Part shown: positions 36,386 through 48,960 of the stretch, in pieces
How positions within the stretch are numbered: position 1 is the stretch's first letter
How the letters are laid out: every line of letters begins with the position of its first letter
Position numbers and translations under genes: made by a program
DNA from: Chiloscyllium plagiosum
Taxonomy: Eukaryota
Length of the DNA: 52,256 nucleotides
Assembly (NCBI RefSeq): GCF_004010195.1
Contig: NC_057749.1
Location: 15,140,998 to 15,193,253 of the forward strand
Direction: 5' to 3'
The notes under the pieces: model-generated
What the model was told of the DNA's origin: nothing
What the model saw: only the letters and a program-made list of their open reading frames with translations
The model's database searches: none

Positions 36386-38022
36386 TGTGCGCGCGCACGT
36401 GGGGAGCTGTGGTGAGGGTCAATGAGAGACTGAGCAACTTCAGTCACCATCCATCTTCTTGGAACCAATGATTCAGAGTTGGCATGGGGAAAGCAGGACT
36501 GGTAACCTTCACCGGTCAGGTACAGCTCTCTGTCCCGCTGCTCTTTCAGGAGGGAACCTGGCAGAGGCAGAGGTGGGGCTCTTCTCTGACTCTCGATTTC
36601 GAGTCTGTGGGTTACCAATGCCCCTCACCTGACCGAGAGCCACGTTCTGCTCCAGGTATCATGCCTGGCTTCTGCCTCCGCTCTCAAGCCACCTGGCACT
36701 GACCTGAACGCAGCAAAACAAAGGAATAAGACTGGACTGTCCTGCCCCTCGGGTCTGTTACTCTACTCTGCTGGCTCATGGCTACTCTTTACCTCAAAAC
36801 CTATCACCAGCTCTCCTTCCTGTTTCCCTCAGTATCTGGCAGTCAGTGCGCTGATTGCAATGCCCGCTGCCCTTTGCAGGGAAAGATACGAATCAAGGGA
36901 GTGCACCTCCATCTGGCTGTCTCGTGACCTTCCACCCTCCTCATTTGGGCTAGACGCCCCATCCTTGAGAGCTAGCAGCCCTCTTGCTTGGGTGATGTTG
37001 GCCAGGGGCATCATCAGCCAATCCTGAGGGGGGAGGGGGAGGGAGGCAGGGCAGAGTGGGGATATCAAGGCCGTTCTACTGTCCTGTACCCACTCTACAC
37101 TCCACCTCCACCAACCCCCCCAATCTGATTTCCTGTACCCGCCCCTCTCCCCACACCCAGTGTGGCCCCTCCAGGTTGGTTGGGTTGGGGTGAAAGTGCG
37201 AAGGGAACAGATCTCATGGGCTTCAGAACTTCAAGGTTTCCGTTAGTAAAGGAGGGAACGTACACCCAACAGACACACACTGGGCTAACACCAAATCCCA
37301 GTCCACTCCTACCTACAAACTACAATGGGCCTTTGGTTTAACATCCTGGTTTAAGCCAAAAAAAAAAATGGAATTAAGAGTTCTTCTTTTAGCCTCAAGG
37401 GTTAACTTTATGGGCTCCGACACTAGCCTCACTGAAAGGGACTGATTTCGGAAGCTGGGGGATTGAAGAGTTCCATACTTTCTCCTCAACCTGTTCTGAG
37501 ATGCAAGTGGGCCTTCAGGCCAGGCCTCCTGGCTCAGAGATAGGGATGCTGCCACTGGGCCACAACAGCTCCCTATGCTTCATGCACCAGAGTTTTTGGA
37601 TTTTTAAAATCTAAGAACAGAAGAGAATCGGTCAGTTCATACGGAGTGTATCTGCTCTGTTCACGGAACTGCTCAAAATGGAAAGATACAGAGATGAACT
37701 GTGCATCTATCAACTGCCTGCCATCACTGTAACCACAGCAACAGGCTGCTGAGAGTAAAAAAACCCTCTCCGATACCTGCAACATGTGACATTTTACTCC
37801 ACGTCCTCTTTGACTAAAGCCTAGCAGCCACCTTGCAGTTACATGAGAACTACAGCAATTCCGAAATCTCACCTTACTCCCTCTCTCTCAATCTGTCTTA
37901 CTGCTGCTCAAACATCCAACCCAAGGTCAGCAACTCCCAGTGCACGGACCCAAACTGATCCCAGAAATCCCAACTCCATCCCGGAAATGAGCAGCTGATG
38001 TCATTGCAATCTTTTTTTTAAA

Positions 38023-38393
38023 AGATTAGATTAGATTCCCTATAGTGTGGAAACATGGCTCTTCGGCCCGACAAGTCCACACCGACCCTCCGAAGAGTAA
38101 CCCACCCAGACCCATTCCCCTACAGTTACCCCTGACTAATGCACCTGATAGGCAAAAGCGATGGAGGAAACCAGAGTCTGGATTAGAGCGGTGCTGGAAA
38201 AGCACAGCAGGCCAGGCAGCATCCAAGGAGCAGGAGAATCGACGTTTCGGGCAAAAGACCTTCATCAGGAATCACAGGGAGAATGTGCAAACTCCACACA
38301 GGCAGCCCTGTGTTCGATCACAAGGCTGGGATCGAACCCGGGTCCCTGGCGCTGTGAGGCAGCAGTGCTAACCACGAGCCACCGTGTCGCCCG
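38023..38393 (-). mobile_element. HE1-type V-SINE whose middle is replaced by a Penelope-terminus fragment (about 38148-38272, -)
   Basis: SINE tail and head flank a family-A terminus containing CTGATGA-a-ggtc-tttt-gccc-GAAA-cgtc. Confidence 0.85.
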
Positions 38394-38646
38394 TTAATAC
38401 TTTTAAAAACCTGTTCAGGCTCTCTCTCGAGCAGGTGGGACTTGATCCTGGGTCTCCTGGTTCATAAGCAAAGGTACTGCCGCGACACCACACTGATGTC
38501 CAGTTAAATCTTGAAAAACTCCTTCCCATTGCTCGTCTCTCAGGTAAATATTACTTTCCAGACTCCATTAGGCCCTTCTCCCTCCCAATGCTCCTTTGTT
38601 GAAAGAGGAAAGGAGGACATCAGGAGATTGTAAACACAGAAAATGC

Positions 38647-39075
38647 CGGCATTGTAGCTCAGTGATTAGCACTGTTGTCTAACAGCACCAGGGATTGGGG
38701 CTCAGTTCCACCCTAGGGTGACTGTCTGCATTTGCACATTCGTCCTTTGTCTGAGTGGGTTTCCTCTGAGTGTCCTGGTCGCTCCCACAATACAAAGATG
38801 TCCAGGTTGGGTGGATTGGCCGTGGTAAATTATATACAGCGTCCAGGTTAGGTGGATTGTCCATGGTAAATTGTACACACAGCGTCCAGGTTAGGTGGAT
38901 TGGCCACGGTAAATTACATAGTGTGCAGTGATATGCAGGCTGGGTGGGTTAGCAATAGAAAATGCAGATTACAGGGAGAGGGTAGGGTATGGGTATGGGT
39001 GTGGGCGAGATGCTCTTCAGTGGGTCAGTGCGGACTTGATGGGCCAAATGGCCTACTTCCACACTGTAGGGATGC
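38647..39075 (+). mobile_element. HE1-type V-SINE with internal triplication
   Basis: gtccaggtt(a/g)ggtggattg(g/t)cc...ggtaaatt occurs three times at about 38800-38915. Confidence 0.85.
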
Positions 39076-39321
39076 TAGGAGAATAGGAGGAAGCCATACA
39101 ATCCTTGCTTTCTCATGCAATATGTTCATGGCTGATCATCTGACTCAGTACCATATTCTCACTTTCTGCCCCCTTCCTTTCATTCCCTTTACTCATAAGA
39201 ACTAGTAACTAACTCCTTCTCGAAACTTTCCCAATTTTTAAATAACCCCAAAAGCAGACTGTAGAAAGTTTGTGAAACAAGTCTTCACCCGAATAATGTG
39301 CACAGGTGTGTAGCTTGTATT

Positions 39322-39412
39322 GTCAGATGAGGAATCAGCTCTCCGAAACCTTGCGATTCCAAACCTGTTGCCGACGCCCACCTGGTGTCATGTGACGTCT
39401 GCCTTATGTCCT
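39322..39412 (+). mobile_element. Degenerate Penelope terminus (family B)
   Basis: cagatgaggaatcagctctccgaaa..aaacctgttg..cctggtgtcatgtgac resembles 7020-7100. Confidence 0.55.
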
Positions 39413-39499
39413 ACGATGGCAACCCATCAGCTCAAAATCTCAAGGCCGCCACACACCCACAAACGGCGCCCTCTTTGTCTTAAAGGTGTCGGCCGTGGT

Positions 39500-39905
39500 T
39501 AAGACAGCAGAAGCGATTCACAAGAATGGCCCCAGGGACAAGGAACCTGAGTCAGGAGGGAACACTGCAGGAGTTGAGACTGCTCTCCGAGCTGAGGAGA
39601 CTGGATAGACACTTCCAGCATCATGAGGGGGCTGTGAGGACGGGACAGGGAGAAGCTGCTCCCACTCAAAGGACAACGACGGGGGCACAGATTTAAACTG
39701 ATCTGCAAACAAAGCAAGGACAATGTGGGAATTTTCACCCAGTGAGTAGTTACGGGTAAGAAATGCACAGCCTGGAAATGTGGCGGGGGAGGGTCAATTA
39801 AAGCATTCAGTAATTATTTGTACTGAAATGGTGACCAGGGTGATGGGAAAAGACAGGAGACAGGAGGAGTCGGCGCCATGAGGCAAATGGCCTCCTTCTA
39901 GGCCA
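39500..39905 (+). mobile_element. Old CR1 LINE 3' fragment
   Basis: agcgattcacaagaatgg.cccaggg...catcatgaggggg...gggggcacagatttaa...aaatggcctccttct. Confidence 0.7.
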
Positions 39906-40361
39906 TAATAACCGCGATGCTGGACCAGCGACCAATACAACATGAAGCCCCTGCGCTTCAGACCCAAGTGGCCACCTGCACCTTTCGTTATGACAGCTGC
40001 TCGCTGAAATTCAATTCCAAGCTCCAGCCACAGCGGCTGAATCGATTTGCAGCTCTCCGTCCAGCCTCGAACAATACATCTCGTAACAGCAGCCGTGTCT
40101 GATACCAGGGCAGTTCAGGCCACTTTGACAAAGTGACCAAAGTCCTTGAAACAACGCCCTCTAAATTCCTGTGGCTTGCAAGTGAGAGCAACAGTCCCTG
40201 CTGATGCCAATGCCCAGCCTGCACTGTGAAACTGCTCCCCTCCTGCACACAGCAACCCCAAACACTGCCCTGACAACCCCAAACACATGAAGGCAGACAA
40301 ATGTCAGTGGCAAAGGTCACATACTCAGCACCTCCACCCAACAGCTAAACTCTGGACTGCT

Positions 40362-40545
40362 ATATACACACACACACACACAGACACAGGTACGTGCGCA
40401 CACACACAGCAGCGCACACACTTGCACAGGTGCAGGCACGCACTCGCACAGACACAGGCACATGCACACACACACTCTCAACGACACAGGCACGCACGCA
40501 AAGACAAAGGCACGTGCGCGCACCCCCCGCACAGACGCAGTACAA
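40362..40545. repeat. CA/CG-rich degenerate microsatellite
   Basis: Alternating purine-pyrimidine run. Confidence 0.85.
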
Positions 40546-41519
40546 CCACCTGAACCATAAGGAACTCCCAGGGAGACCTCAAGCTGTCTGAAGATGCTGG
40601 GTCTCACCTCAGTTTGGCCAGGGCTCATTGTCTGAGGGAGAGCTATGCCCAAACATACCAGATCCCAACTCACCCCTTGCTTCATTTCTGTCGAGCCGTA
40701 CAATTAGCCAAAGTCCCCGTCCTTACCGTTACTGCACACGGTGTGTTCTCTGCACACCAACAATGCTGCACTCCATCAGTTGGCACAGCTCTGCCCTTCG
40801 TTCTCAACAGCACCAGCACTGACCAACAGTTCCTTCTAAACAGTACTCTGACAATCGCGGATTCGACTGGAAATTCCAAGTTTTAAAGAAAGGCATAAAC
40901 CCTTCAATCACTCAGACTCTGCGGTTGGCTTCAGCCTGGCCCCGACTGAGAACAAAGTCAAATCTCTGCTTTCCTGCCAATTTCTTCTTTCATGGGGGAT
41001 ATGGTGCCACGGCGAGGGCAAGGGGGCGAGGGGCAAGGGCAAAGAGAGAAATCCAATATACTGAGGTAATGGAAATTGGGGCTGCACAAGAGCTGGACAG
41101 ATGCAGAGTTCTCGGCCGTCCTGTAGTTAGCCGTGAAACTCTCTCACTCGCCTGGTTGCACTGAAACATATAAAGACCCAGCACACACTGAAACCAATGG
41201 GCCACACGTTACATTAACAAATGATGGCCAATGTTGGTCACCAAGGCAGAGAGAGGCAACAACCCAAAAGCTTTAAATTCAAAACGTTGCTGAATCAGGA
41301 GCCAATGTTGGCTGGGGAATACAAGGCTGGCCGATGTACGGGATGGGAGGCAGAGTGACCCTGCACCGATAGGAGTTCACGGAAAGTGGAATGCAGACTG
41401 GGGATACACTGGAACAGTCAAAAGAAATGCAAGAATAAAGCAACAGGCAGTATCTAAACAACACACCATACCAACAACATGAATTTATCAAGTGCCATTC
41501 ATTAACAATGACATCTCAA

Positions 41520-41790
41520 AGTTACTTCCAACAGACCAGGGCTCTGCTGCATCATTAGCCAGTTAGTGCACAGCCAACTCCCACAAACAGCAATGTGATC
41601 GGGCGGGTCTGTGTGATGTTGTGGAAATGACACCGGGAAGAACTCCCTTAACCTCTGCAAAATACAGGCCGTGGGATCTTTCACACCCACCAGCTGGGTG
41701 ATGTGGAAGCTCACTTCACTACCGGGTTGAAACGACTTTCTCTGTGTGACCACGCTCCAGGTCAAGGTGGAGGGAAGCGTCTTAACTCAG
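41520..41790 (-). mobile_element. Ancient Deu-domain-like SINE fragment
   Basis: ctcccacaaacagcaatgtgat...gacaccggg.agaactccc...gccgtgggatcttt.acacccacc. Confidence 0.55.
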
Positions 41791-42754
41791 ATTTCGACAC
41801 TGCTGCAGATTAGGTCCCGTACAGAGCAGAAGGGACGGATTTTGTTGTCAAAATTATCACAGCTCAGTCTGAGAGACAGGATGCCCCTCTGTCCCTGTAA
41901 CTCCCAATTCGGGTGCAGCAAACAAAAATAAGGCCAGTTCCCCTCCTCTTTGGCATTATAAAATACACAGAGAACTGGAAACTGGCTCCTTACAATGGCA
42001 GGAGCTCGCTGGAGGCTTTTCAGTGATTCACGTCCAGCAGTCAGGCACGTCATCCAGAGACCAGCCTTCACTCCTTACGCTGAACAGGAAAATCATTCAT
42101 TTGGTTATGGCTGGGAGTGCTGTTGGCAGGCCCACTGCATATTGCACTGGTGCCAAAGGCTCAGTGAAGCCATTGACAATCAGTACTGTACTATGAAGAG
42201 TGCGTTAATAAAAGACAGCCTCAGACAACGGGCGCTGTCCTCAGCCAAAAGTCTTTATTTGGGTTTGCACACACCCCTACCACCGTGGCTCTGCATCCCC
42301 CTCCCACCCTCTGTTGGTCACCACTGCCAAAAGGAGTGTCCCCTTACAGCTCAGAAGGGAATCAATCATTAGGTTATTCCCGGGTGAGCCATCGCGTGGG
42401 TCATTCTATTTTCCTGGCAGGCCTTTGAGGCTATTTTATGAATTAAGGCTGTGAGCACTACAGGAGTTTGCTGCATCCAGTAGGGTGTTGTAAACTCCAC
42501 GGTCAGCTCTGATGTAATGCCCGAGATTACGTTTCCACCCATTCTCCTCCTGGAGGCACAGAATTCTGAAGTCAAGTTCTACAATTCTCCCGTTCCTCCA
42601 TCCCACAAACAGTCCGCACTTACACAGCTCCACGTCACATCCTGCAGTGCCCTGAGACTCTTCCAGAGGAGTGCAGCCACTCACGGACACCACACTCACC
42701 CCACATTAAACAGGGTTACGGGTCAAGGTGAACGACGCTTGGTTTGAGAAAGCG

Positions 42755-43050
42755 ACAGAGGCAGAGGATGAGGTGGGAGGTGGGAGGGAATTCTGCAGGT
42801 CAGGGCTCCAGGCAACTGAAGGGATTGCCACCAATGAGGCAGCAATTAAAGTCAGGAAATGTGTAAGAGGCCAGAACCTGGCTTTCCTGGAGAGCTGTAG
42901 GTCTGCAGAATGTTATAGTGATAGGAACAAAAATGAGCAAATGTAAATACATTTTTTTTTTAAAAGAGAGACGGGTTGCCAGGCCAGAGGTCAGTGAGCA
43001 CGGAGACAGGGTCAAGTAGGTGAATGGAGCTCACTGTGAATCAATGTCCC
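42755..43050 (-). mobile_element. L2-like LINE fragment
   Basis: gggagggaattc..agggc.ccaggcaactgaagg..gccaccaatg..aagaggccagaa resembles antisense L2 ORF2 end; resemblance only. Confidence 0.5.
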
Positions 43051-43159
43051 AGTGTGGGTTATACATACACCCAGGATCCATTAGCACTGAGTGACACTGA
43101 AGGTCACAATCAAGATCACCTTTACTGACCAGTCACTTTGTCAATTTTGATTTCGCATG

Positions 43160-43620
43160 ATTGCGTGTGCACACACAGTGTCTATTCACATGTAGCTCTG
43201 TGCATGTATGAGGTTTGCACATGTTGTGCGGTGTGTGCACACCTATGTGGGAGTCTGTATGCCTGTGTATGTGAGACTGAGTGAGTCAGTGCATGTGTGT
43301 CTATGTGCACCTGCGCCTATGAGAGTCTGCACATTCAAGCGTGTTTGCGTGCAGGATTGCGTGTGCACATGTCCATGTGTCTGTGTGTGTGTGTGCGCGC
43401 GCTGCCAATGGGGGAAGTGCTCATTTCTGAACGAATTGGTAGAAATGGAGGAAGTAGTGTCAGTGGCAGCTCTCCAGTGAATGGCCAGCGTGAGAGCGAG
43501 AGCGAGAGCGAGATGTAAATAAGTGTGTGAGTGAGAGATAGCAAGTGAGCGAGAGTGAGAGTGAATGGGTGTGACTGTGCGAGATTGTGAATGAGAGCAA
43601 TATTGAGAGTGAAGTGTATG
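43160..43620. repeat. GT/GA-rich low-complexity tract
   Basis: Degenerate dinucleotide repeats. Confidence 0.75.
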
Positions 43621-44359
43621 AACACAGCAGGAGCAGGGTCAGGACTGGTTGCAGTGAAGATTATCGGAGATCCAACATTGAACGTGTACTTTCCTCCCCA
43701 CCGCTCCCAGCATCAGAGCAAGGAGAGGAGTGGGGCCAAGTGAGATCTCCACTACAATGTAACTGTACCATCAGCAGAGCAGGAACCATCAGTAGAACAG
43801 CAAGGCACAGCAAGCTAGCACAAGCTCAATGGCTTGGTGGCCACGAGGGAAGATTTACAAACATACTCTGCAGCAATATACCAGGTTAGAACATGACAAA
43901 TCCACTAATTAGCTGTTTTCCATGGTAACAGAGGTTGAAACCAAAGAAAGATTCCACAGCAGAAAGATCCTGTACTGAGGGAAGAACATCTGCACAGAAT
44001 CCGGAAGACAGAGGACAGACCTATCGTCACAGGTTTCTGAAAACATTTGGAATGACGCTCTGGCAATGGGAAAACCCCAATATAATCCACATTATTGAAG
44101 GGTAATAGGCAAAGAAACAAGAGCAGGAGTAAGCTATTCAGCCCCTCAAGCCTGCTTCAGCATTCGATAGGATCACAGCTGATGTGCCCCAGGCCTCAAA
44201 TCCTCTTGGAGCCCTTGCCTCCTCCTAATGAGACACATGTTTGAAGTGAGTCACACCAAGGACTGGTTAAAGCCGCAGTGAGTATTTAGCGGGTTCCAAT
44301 CTCTCAAGCTGGTGACAGACAGACACTCGCTGGGCCTGTTGCAAAGTGGATTTTCTTTT

Positions 44360-44900
44360 TGTGTTCTCATGGGCATCACTGGAAAGGCCAGCATTTGCTG
44401 CCATTCTCTTACTGCCGTCAAACCCAGCATCTTGCTCAGGGCCATTAAGACTCGACCATATTGTTGTGGGTCTGGAGTCACATGTAGGCCTGACTGGGTA
44501 AGAATGATAGGCAAAGAAGCCCATCAAGTCAAGATTAGAGTGGTGCTGGAAAAGCACGGCAGGTCAGGCAGCATCCGAGGAACAGGACAATCAACATTTC
44601 GGGCAAAAGCTCTTCATCAGACATTTGCCCAGAACGTCAATTTTCCTGCTCCTTGGATGCTGCCTGACCTGCTGTGCTTTTCCAGCATCACTCTAATCTT
44701 GACTCTAATCTCCAGCATCTGCAGCACCTACTTCTTCCTTCTCTAAAGGACGTTAGTGAACCAGGAAGGTTTTTACAACCATCGATAATAGTTTCATGCT
44801 CACCGTCAGACTAGCTACAAATCTCAGAATTGATCAACGGAATTTACATTCTGCTCGCTGCGATGGTGGCATCTGAATCTATGTCCCCTCAGCATTGCTC
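44360..44900 (-). mobile_element. SINE family 2 interrupted by a Penelope fold-back
   Basis: SINE halves flank about 44510-44735. Confidence 0.75.
44527..44732. mobile_element. Penelope-terminus fold-back element (family A variant)
   Basis: Arms agtcaagattagagtggtgctggaaaagcac / gtgcttttccagcatcactctaatcttgact; minus strand CTGATGA-a-gagc-tttt-gccc-GAAA-tgtt. Confidence 0.88.
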
Positions 44901-45455
44901 CAATTGTCAGAATAAAGGAAGGACTGTTTAGTTCATAAACACAGCCCAGGCAAGTCTTCAACTACCCTGGGGAGAGAGAAACAGGCTCACCTGCAATCAA
45001 AAGCCTGGCCTGTTAAACGTACCCAGTGTTGTGGAAGCTGGGCATTAAGGAAATGAAACTCAACATTTCTTTGAACAATTTCTGGAAGATGTCTTTGGGG
45101 GATGGTATGAAGGACATTGGCAGCTACTCTGAGTGAAAAGATTAACTATACCAACAAGCAACTTCAGTCACCCCTCAAGATTTGACCCACTGCAGTTCAG
45201 GTTTCTCTCTCTCTCGGGTATCTTGCTGTACTGCAATTGCATTCAAACATTCAAAGAAAAACCCTACAGACTAGATCTTTCTGATCTAAAAGGTACTGAC
45301 TCAGTACACTGCTGTTCAGCAACTCTCCCAGACATCTCAACCTTCATCCTTCAGCTGAAACAATGAGTAACAGCAAAGGACTGAGTCACTGAGCTGGGGT
45401 GGGTTACAATGGAATCTATTAATGTTTCCAACATAACCAACACCTGCCCTTTAAC

Positions 45456-45457
<2 letters not shown>

Positions 45458-45490
<33 letters not shown>
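45458..45490. repeat. (CA)n microsatellite
   Basis: Pure CA run abutting the truncated SINE tail. Confidence 0.95.
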
Positions 45491-45493
<3 letters not shown>

Positions 45494-45809
45494 AGTCCAC
45501 ACCGACGCTCCAAGGAGCATCCCACCCAGAATTACCATCCCTACTCTTGCCCTGAAACTCCACATTTCCCGTGGCTAACCCACCCAGCCTGGACATCCCT
45601 GGGCACTATGAGGCAATTTCCCATGGCCAAACCACCCTAAACTGCACACCTACAGACTGTGGGAGGAAACTGGAGCACCCAGGGGAAACCCATGCAGACA
45701 CGGGGAGAATGTGCAAACTCCACACAGACAGTCACCCGAGGATGGAATCGAACCCGGGTCCCTGGTGCTGTGAGGCAGTAATGCTAACCACTGAGCCACC
45801 GTGCCGCCC
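45491..45809 (-). mobile_element. HE1-type V-SINE
   Basis: Full head gggcggcacggtggctcagtggttagc on the minus strand and V-domain. Confidence 0.92.
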
Positions 45810-46114
45810 TAAAACCCTTGAGGAAAGATTATTTGAATGGAGACAGTATTTCTATCTCTCTCTCTCACAGATGCTGCCAGACCTGCTGAGTTTAATGTAC
45901 TCCTGCCACATTCATGTGAACAAGGAACAAGTGGAGGCCACTCAGTCCTTCAAGCCTGCTTTCCCATTCAATAAGATAATTGCTGATCTGACATTAACCT
46001 CTATGTTCCTGCATCCCCTCGGTCTTCAAGAACGAACCTGCTGGAACCACGGTCTTTTGAACCACCTCTGACAACAGAATTGAACCGGCTGTCTTTGTGC
46101 TGCCAACTCTGGGT

Positions 46115-46322
46115 AGACTCACCGGAGTCCAGAGGACCATAGGGCTGCTCTCTCAATAGTGAGAGACGACTGGCAGTGGTTTGGCCTGAGGATCACCACA
46201 TCTCAGGTGAGGGGAGAGATAGATAGACAAGGAGAGGCCTTCATAGTGCCTCAAGCCCATGGCTGTTAGCATCTCTCTGCATTGTACACTAGCCATCCAG
46301 CCCACTGAGCTAACTGACCCCC
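46115..46322 (-). mobile_element. SINE family 3
   Basis: Reverse complement of 13086-13300. Confidence 0.65.
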
Positions 46323-46889
46323 TTTTACTGAGTACACTTATACAGTAATCCTTGTGTTATGAGGCACCCTAACAAAAGAATTCTTTCGTCACCTTGAGTA
46401 ATCTCAGCCAGTATGGGATTGAACACACACTGTTGGCATCACGATGCATCACAAACCCGGTCTTGCCAACTGAACTGACCAAGCTTTGGGCAGCTCCGAA
46501 TCGAAACAAAGAACACGTCTGCTTTACCTCACTGTTCCAGCTTTATTTAATTCCCCTCCTCTCCGTCATGCTGTCATGTCCTAGTCTTTCACCTGGTTTC
46601 CCCCAATTCTAAAACCTAGCTCTTTGGCTTTGCCAACTGGGGATTGCCAACAGCTGAGGAACTGCGACCCCGAGTAAAGGGAGGGAGACAACTCAACAAT
46701 GACAAACACCGTCCTAGCACCTGGAGACTAAGAGTTCAATTCCTGTTAACTGCATCATTGAAGGTAGCATTGGGGGAGTGCTGCCTATCACACCAAAGCC
46801 CCTGTTTTCCTCAGCCAGTGATGGAAAAGGTTCTATCTGAAGGAAAAGTCGGGAGTCACAAACCACAGAAACAGACTCTTCAATCCAAC

Positions 46890-47515
46890 TTCCAGGAGCA
46901 TTGGCGGCTGAGGGGTGACCTTATAGAGGTTTATGAAATCATGAGGGGAATGTGTAGAGTAAATAGCAACAGTCTTTTCCCTGGGTTGGGGGAGCCCGAA
47001 ACTATAGGTTTTAAAGTGAGAGGGAAAAGATTTAGATTAGATTAGATTACTTGCAGTGTGGAAACAGGCCTTTCGGCCCAACAAGTCCACACTGACCCGC
47101 CGAAGCGCAACCCACCCAGACCCATTCCCCTACATTTACCCCTTCACCTAACACTACGGGCAATTTAGCACGGCCAATTCACCTAACCTGCACATTTTTG
47201 GACTGTGGGAGGAAACCACGCAATCACGGGGAGAATGTGCAAACTCCACACAGAGTCGCTTGAGGTGGGAATTGAACCCGGATCTCTGGCGCTGTGAGGC
47301 AGCAGCGCTAACCGCTGTGCCACCGTGCCGCCCCCATTTAAGGAGGACTTGAGGAGCAACATTTTCAAACAGAGGGTGGTGCGTGTATGGAATGAGCTGC
47401 CAGAGGAAGTGGTGGAGGCTGGTACAATTATAACATTTAAAATGCATTTGGATGGGTATATGAATAGGAAGGGTTTGGAGGGACATGGGACAAATGCGGG
47501 CCAACGGGACTAGGT
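46890..47515 (+). mobile_element. HER1/CR1 LINE 3' fragment split by an HE1 SINE
   Basis: RLRGDLIEVYEIMRG..FKVRGKRF | KEDLRSNIFKQRVVRVWNELPEEVVEAGT. Confidence 0.9.
47035..47335 (-). mobile_element. HE1-type V-SINE, full length
   Basis: (gatta)n tail; attta duplicated at 47030-47034 and 47336-47340. Confidence 0.93.
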
Positions 47516-48444
47516 CAGATTATTACACACAACACTTAATTCCAATCCAACCGTCTACCTCCACACCTTACGGGCTGTGTATGCACAAGCTTGTCTCATT
47601 TGCCTGAAACAGTTAATCGCACTTTGGGCAATCAAATTCCTGAGGATGTAAAAGGTGCCACAGAAATGCAAGTTGATTAGTTTCTATCAAGGATGGGAAG
47701 ACAGAAAGGAGATGAGAAAGATACACAATATGAAGGATGAGAAGGCCTTTCGACAGAGCTGGTGGTTGGTGCCATTTATCACTGAGCAGCTGAGTTACCA
47801 AGAACAGAATTTCCAAGAATAAATCTCTGCAAAAGTTTCTTCCGGCTTTTCAGTTTTTACAGCAGCTGGGAACTCTCTGTGGTTACGATTACAGCACCGT
47901 CTGTGGCACTGGCCAACGTGAATGGGAAAGGAGGACCATTCCTCCACTATTTCAATTCCAGAATAAAGCAATAGGAAGTGGAGGCCATGTGGCCCCTTGA
48001 ACTCGCTCTGCTGTTTAATAAAGTCACAGTTGATCCGAGGTGGGGGATGGTGGGAGTGCCTCTGCGTCTTCGAACACAGCACTGAGCCGTGGTACGGACA
48101 GTCTGCTCCACAGCAGAGACACCCAGCATTACAGTCTCCCTCGCGATGCTAGCTCCTTCACAAACACAACAACAGCACCAGTGCAGACATCCAGCTCCTG
48201 AAACCGTGATGTGATTCACCACGTGGTACAAAGCCAGGAAGGGAGGGAGGGAGGATGTGGGAGACCTCACAGCGAGTTGTACGTTAAACAGATAGCACAA
48301 GGCCCTGCACAGTTGCTACGGAGAGTCATGTCCAGGCCAGGCTCGTGGTGAGATCTTTTCTAAACAAAGAGCAGAAATTTGCCTCCAATGGCAGCTGGGC
48401 CGTACACATGTTCAGACTCACTCCCACATGTTTATTGAAATGCC

Positions 48445-48960
48445 ACGTACAGACACACTGACAGAGGAGGGCAGAGACAGAGGGAGGGAAGGAAACAGAC
48501 ACACACACGCATGCACAAACACAGATAGACACACACACATACTGAGAAATACACACACACACACAGAGACTGGCACGCGCGCACAGAGACAGACGCACAC
48601 GCGCGCGCACAGAGACAGACACATGTGCGCACACACAGACACACTTGCACACACATGCACAGACACACGCACGCACACACACACAAATGCGCGCAGGCAC
48701 ACACAAATGCGCGCAGGCACACAGACACACACACATGCACACACAGAGACATGCGCACAGTGACACGCACACACATGCGTGCGCACAGTGACACACACAC
48801 AGACACACGTGCGCGCACCAACACACACAAACACACATGCGGGCACACATATGCGCACGCGAACACAGAGAGAGAGAGAGAGACAGACAGACACACACAC
48901 ACACATTGACAGAGAGGAGGCGGACAGAGGGGCTGGTACACGCAGACAGAGAGAGAAGTG
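48445..48960. repeat. CA/CG/GA compound microsatellite
   Basis: ~500 bp of degenerate dinucleotide repeat. Confidence 0.9.

Noticed and set aside
35289..36618. Longest ORFs (382 and 422 aa)
   Set aside because: Translations of the minisatellite and the N gap
42139..42200. tattgcac and cagtactgt resemble miR-92 and miR-101 5' ends
   Set aside because: Seed-length matches only, no precursor fold
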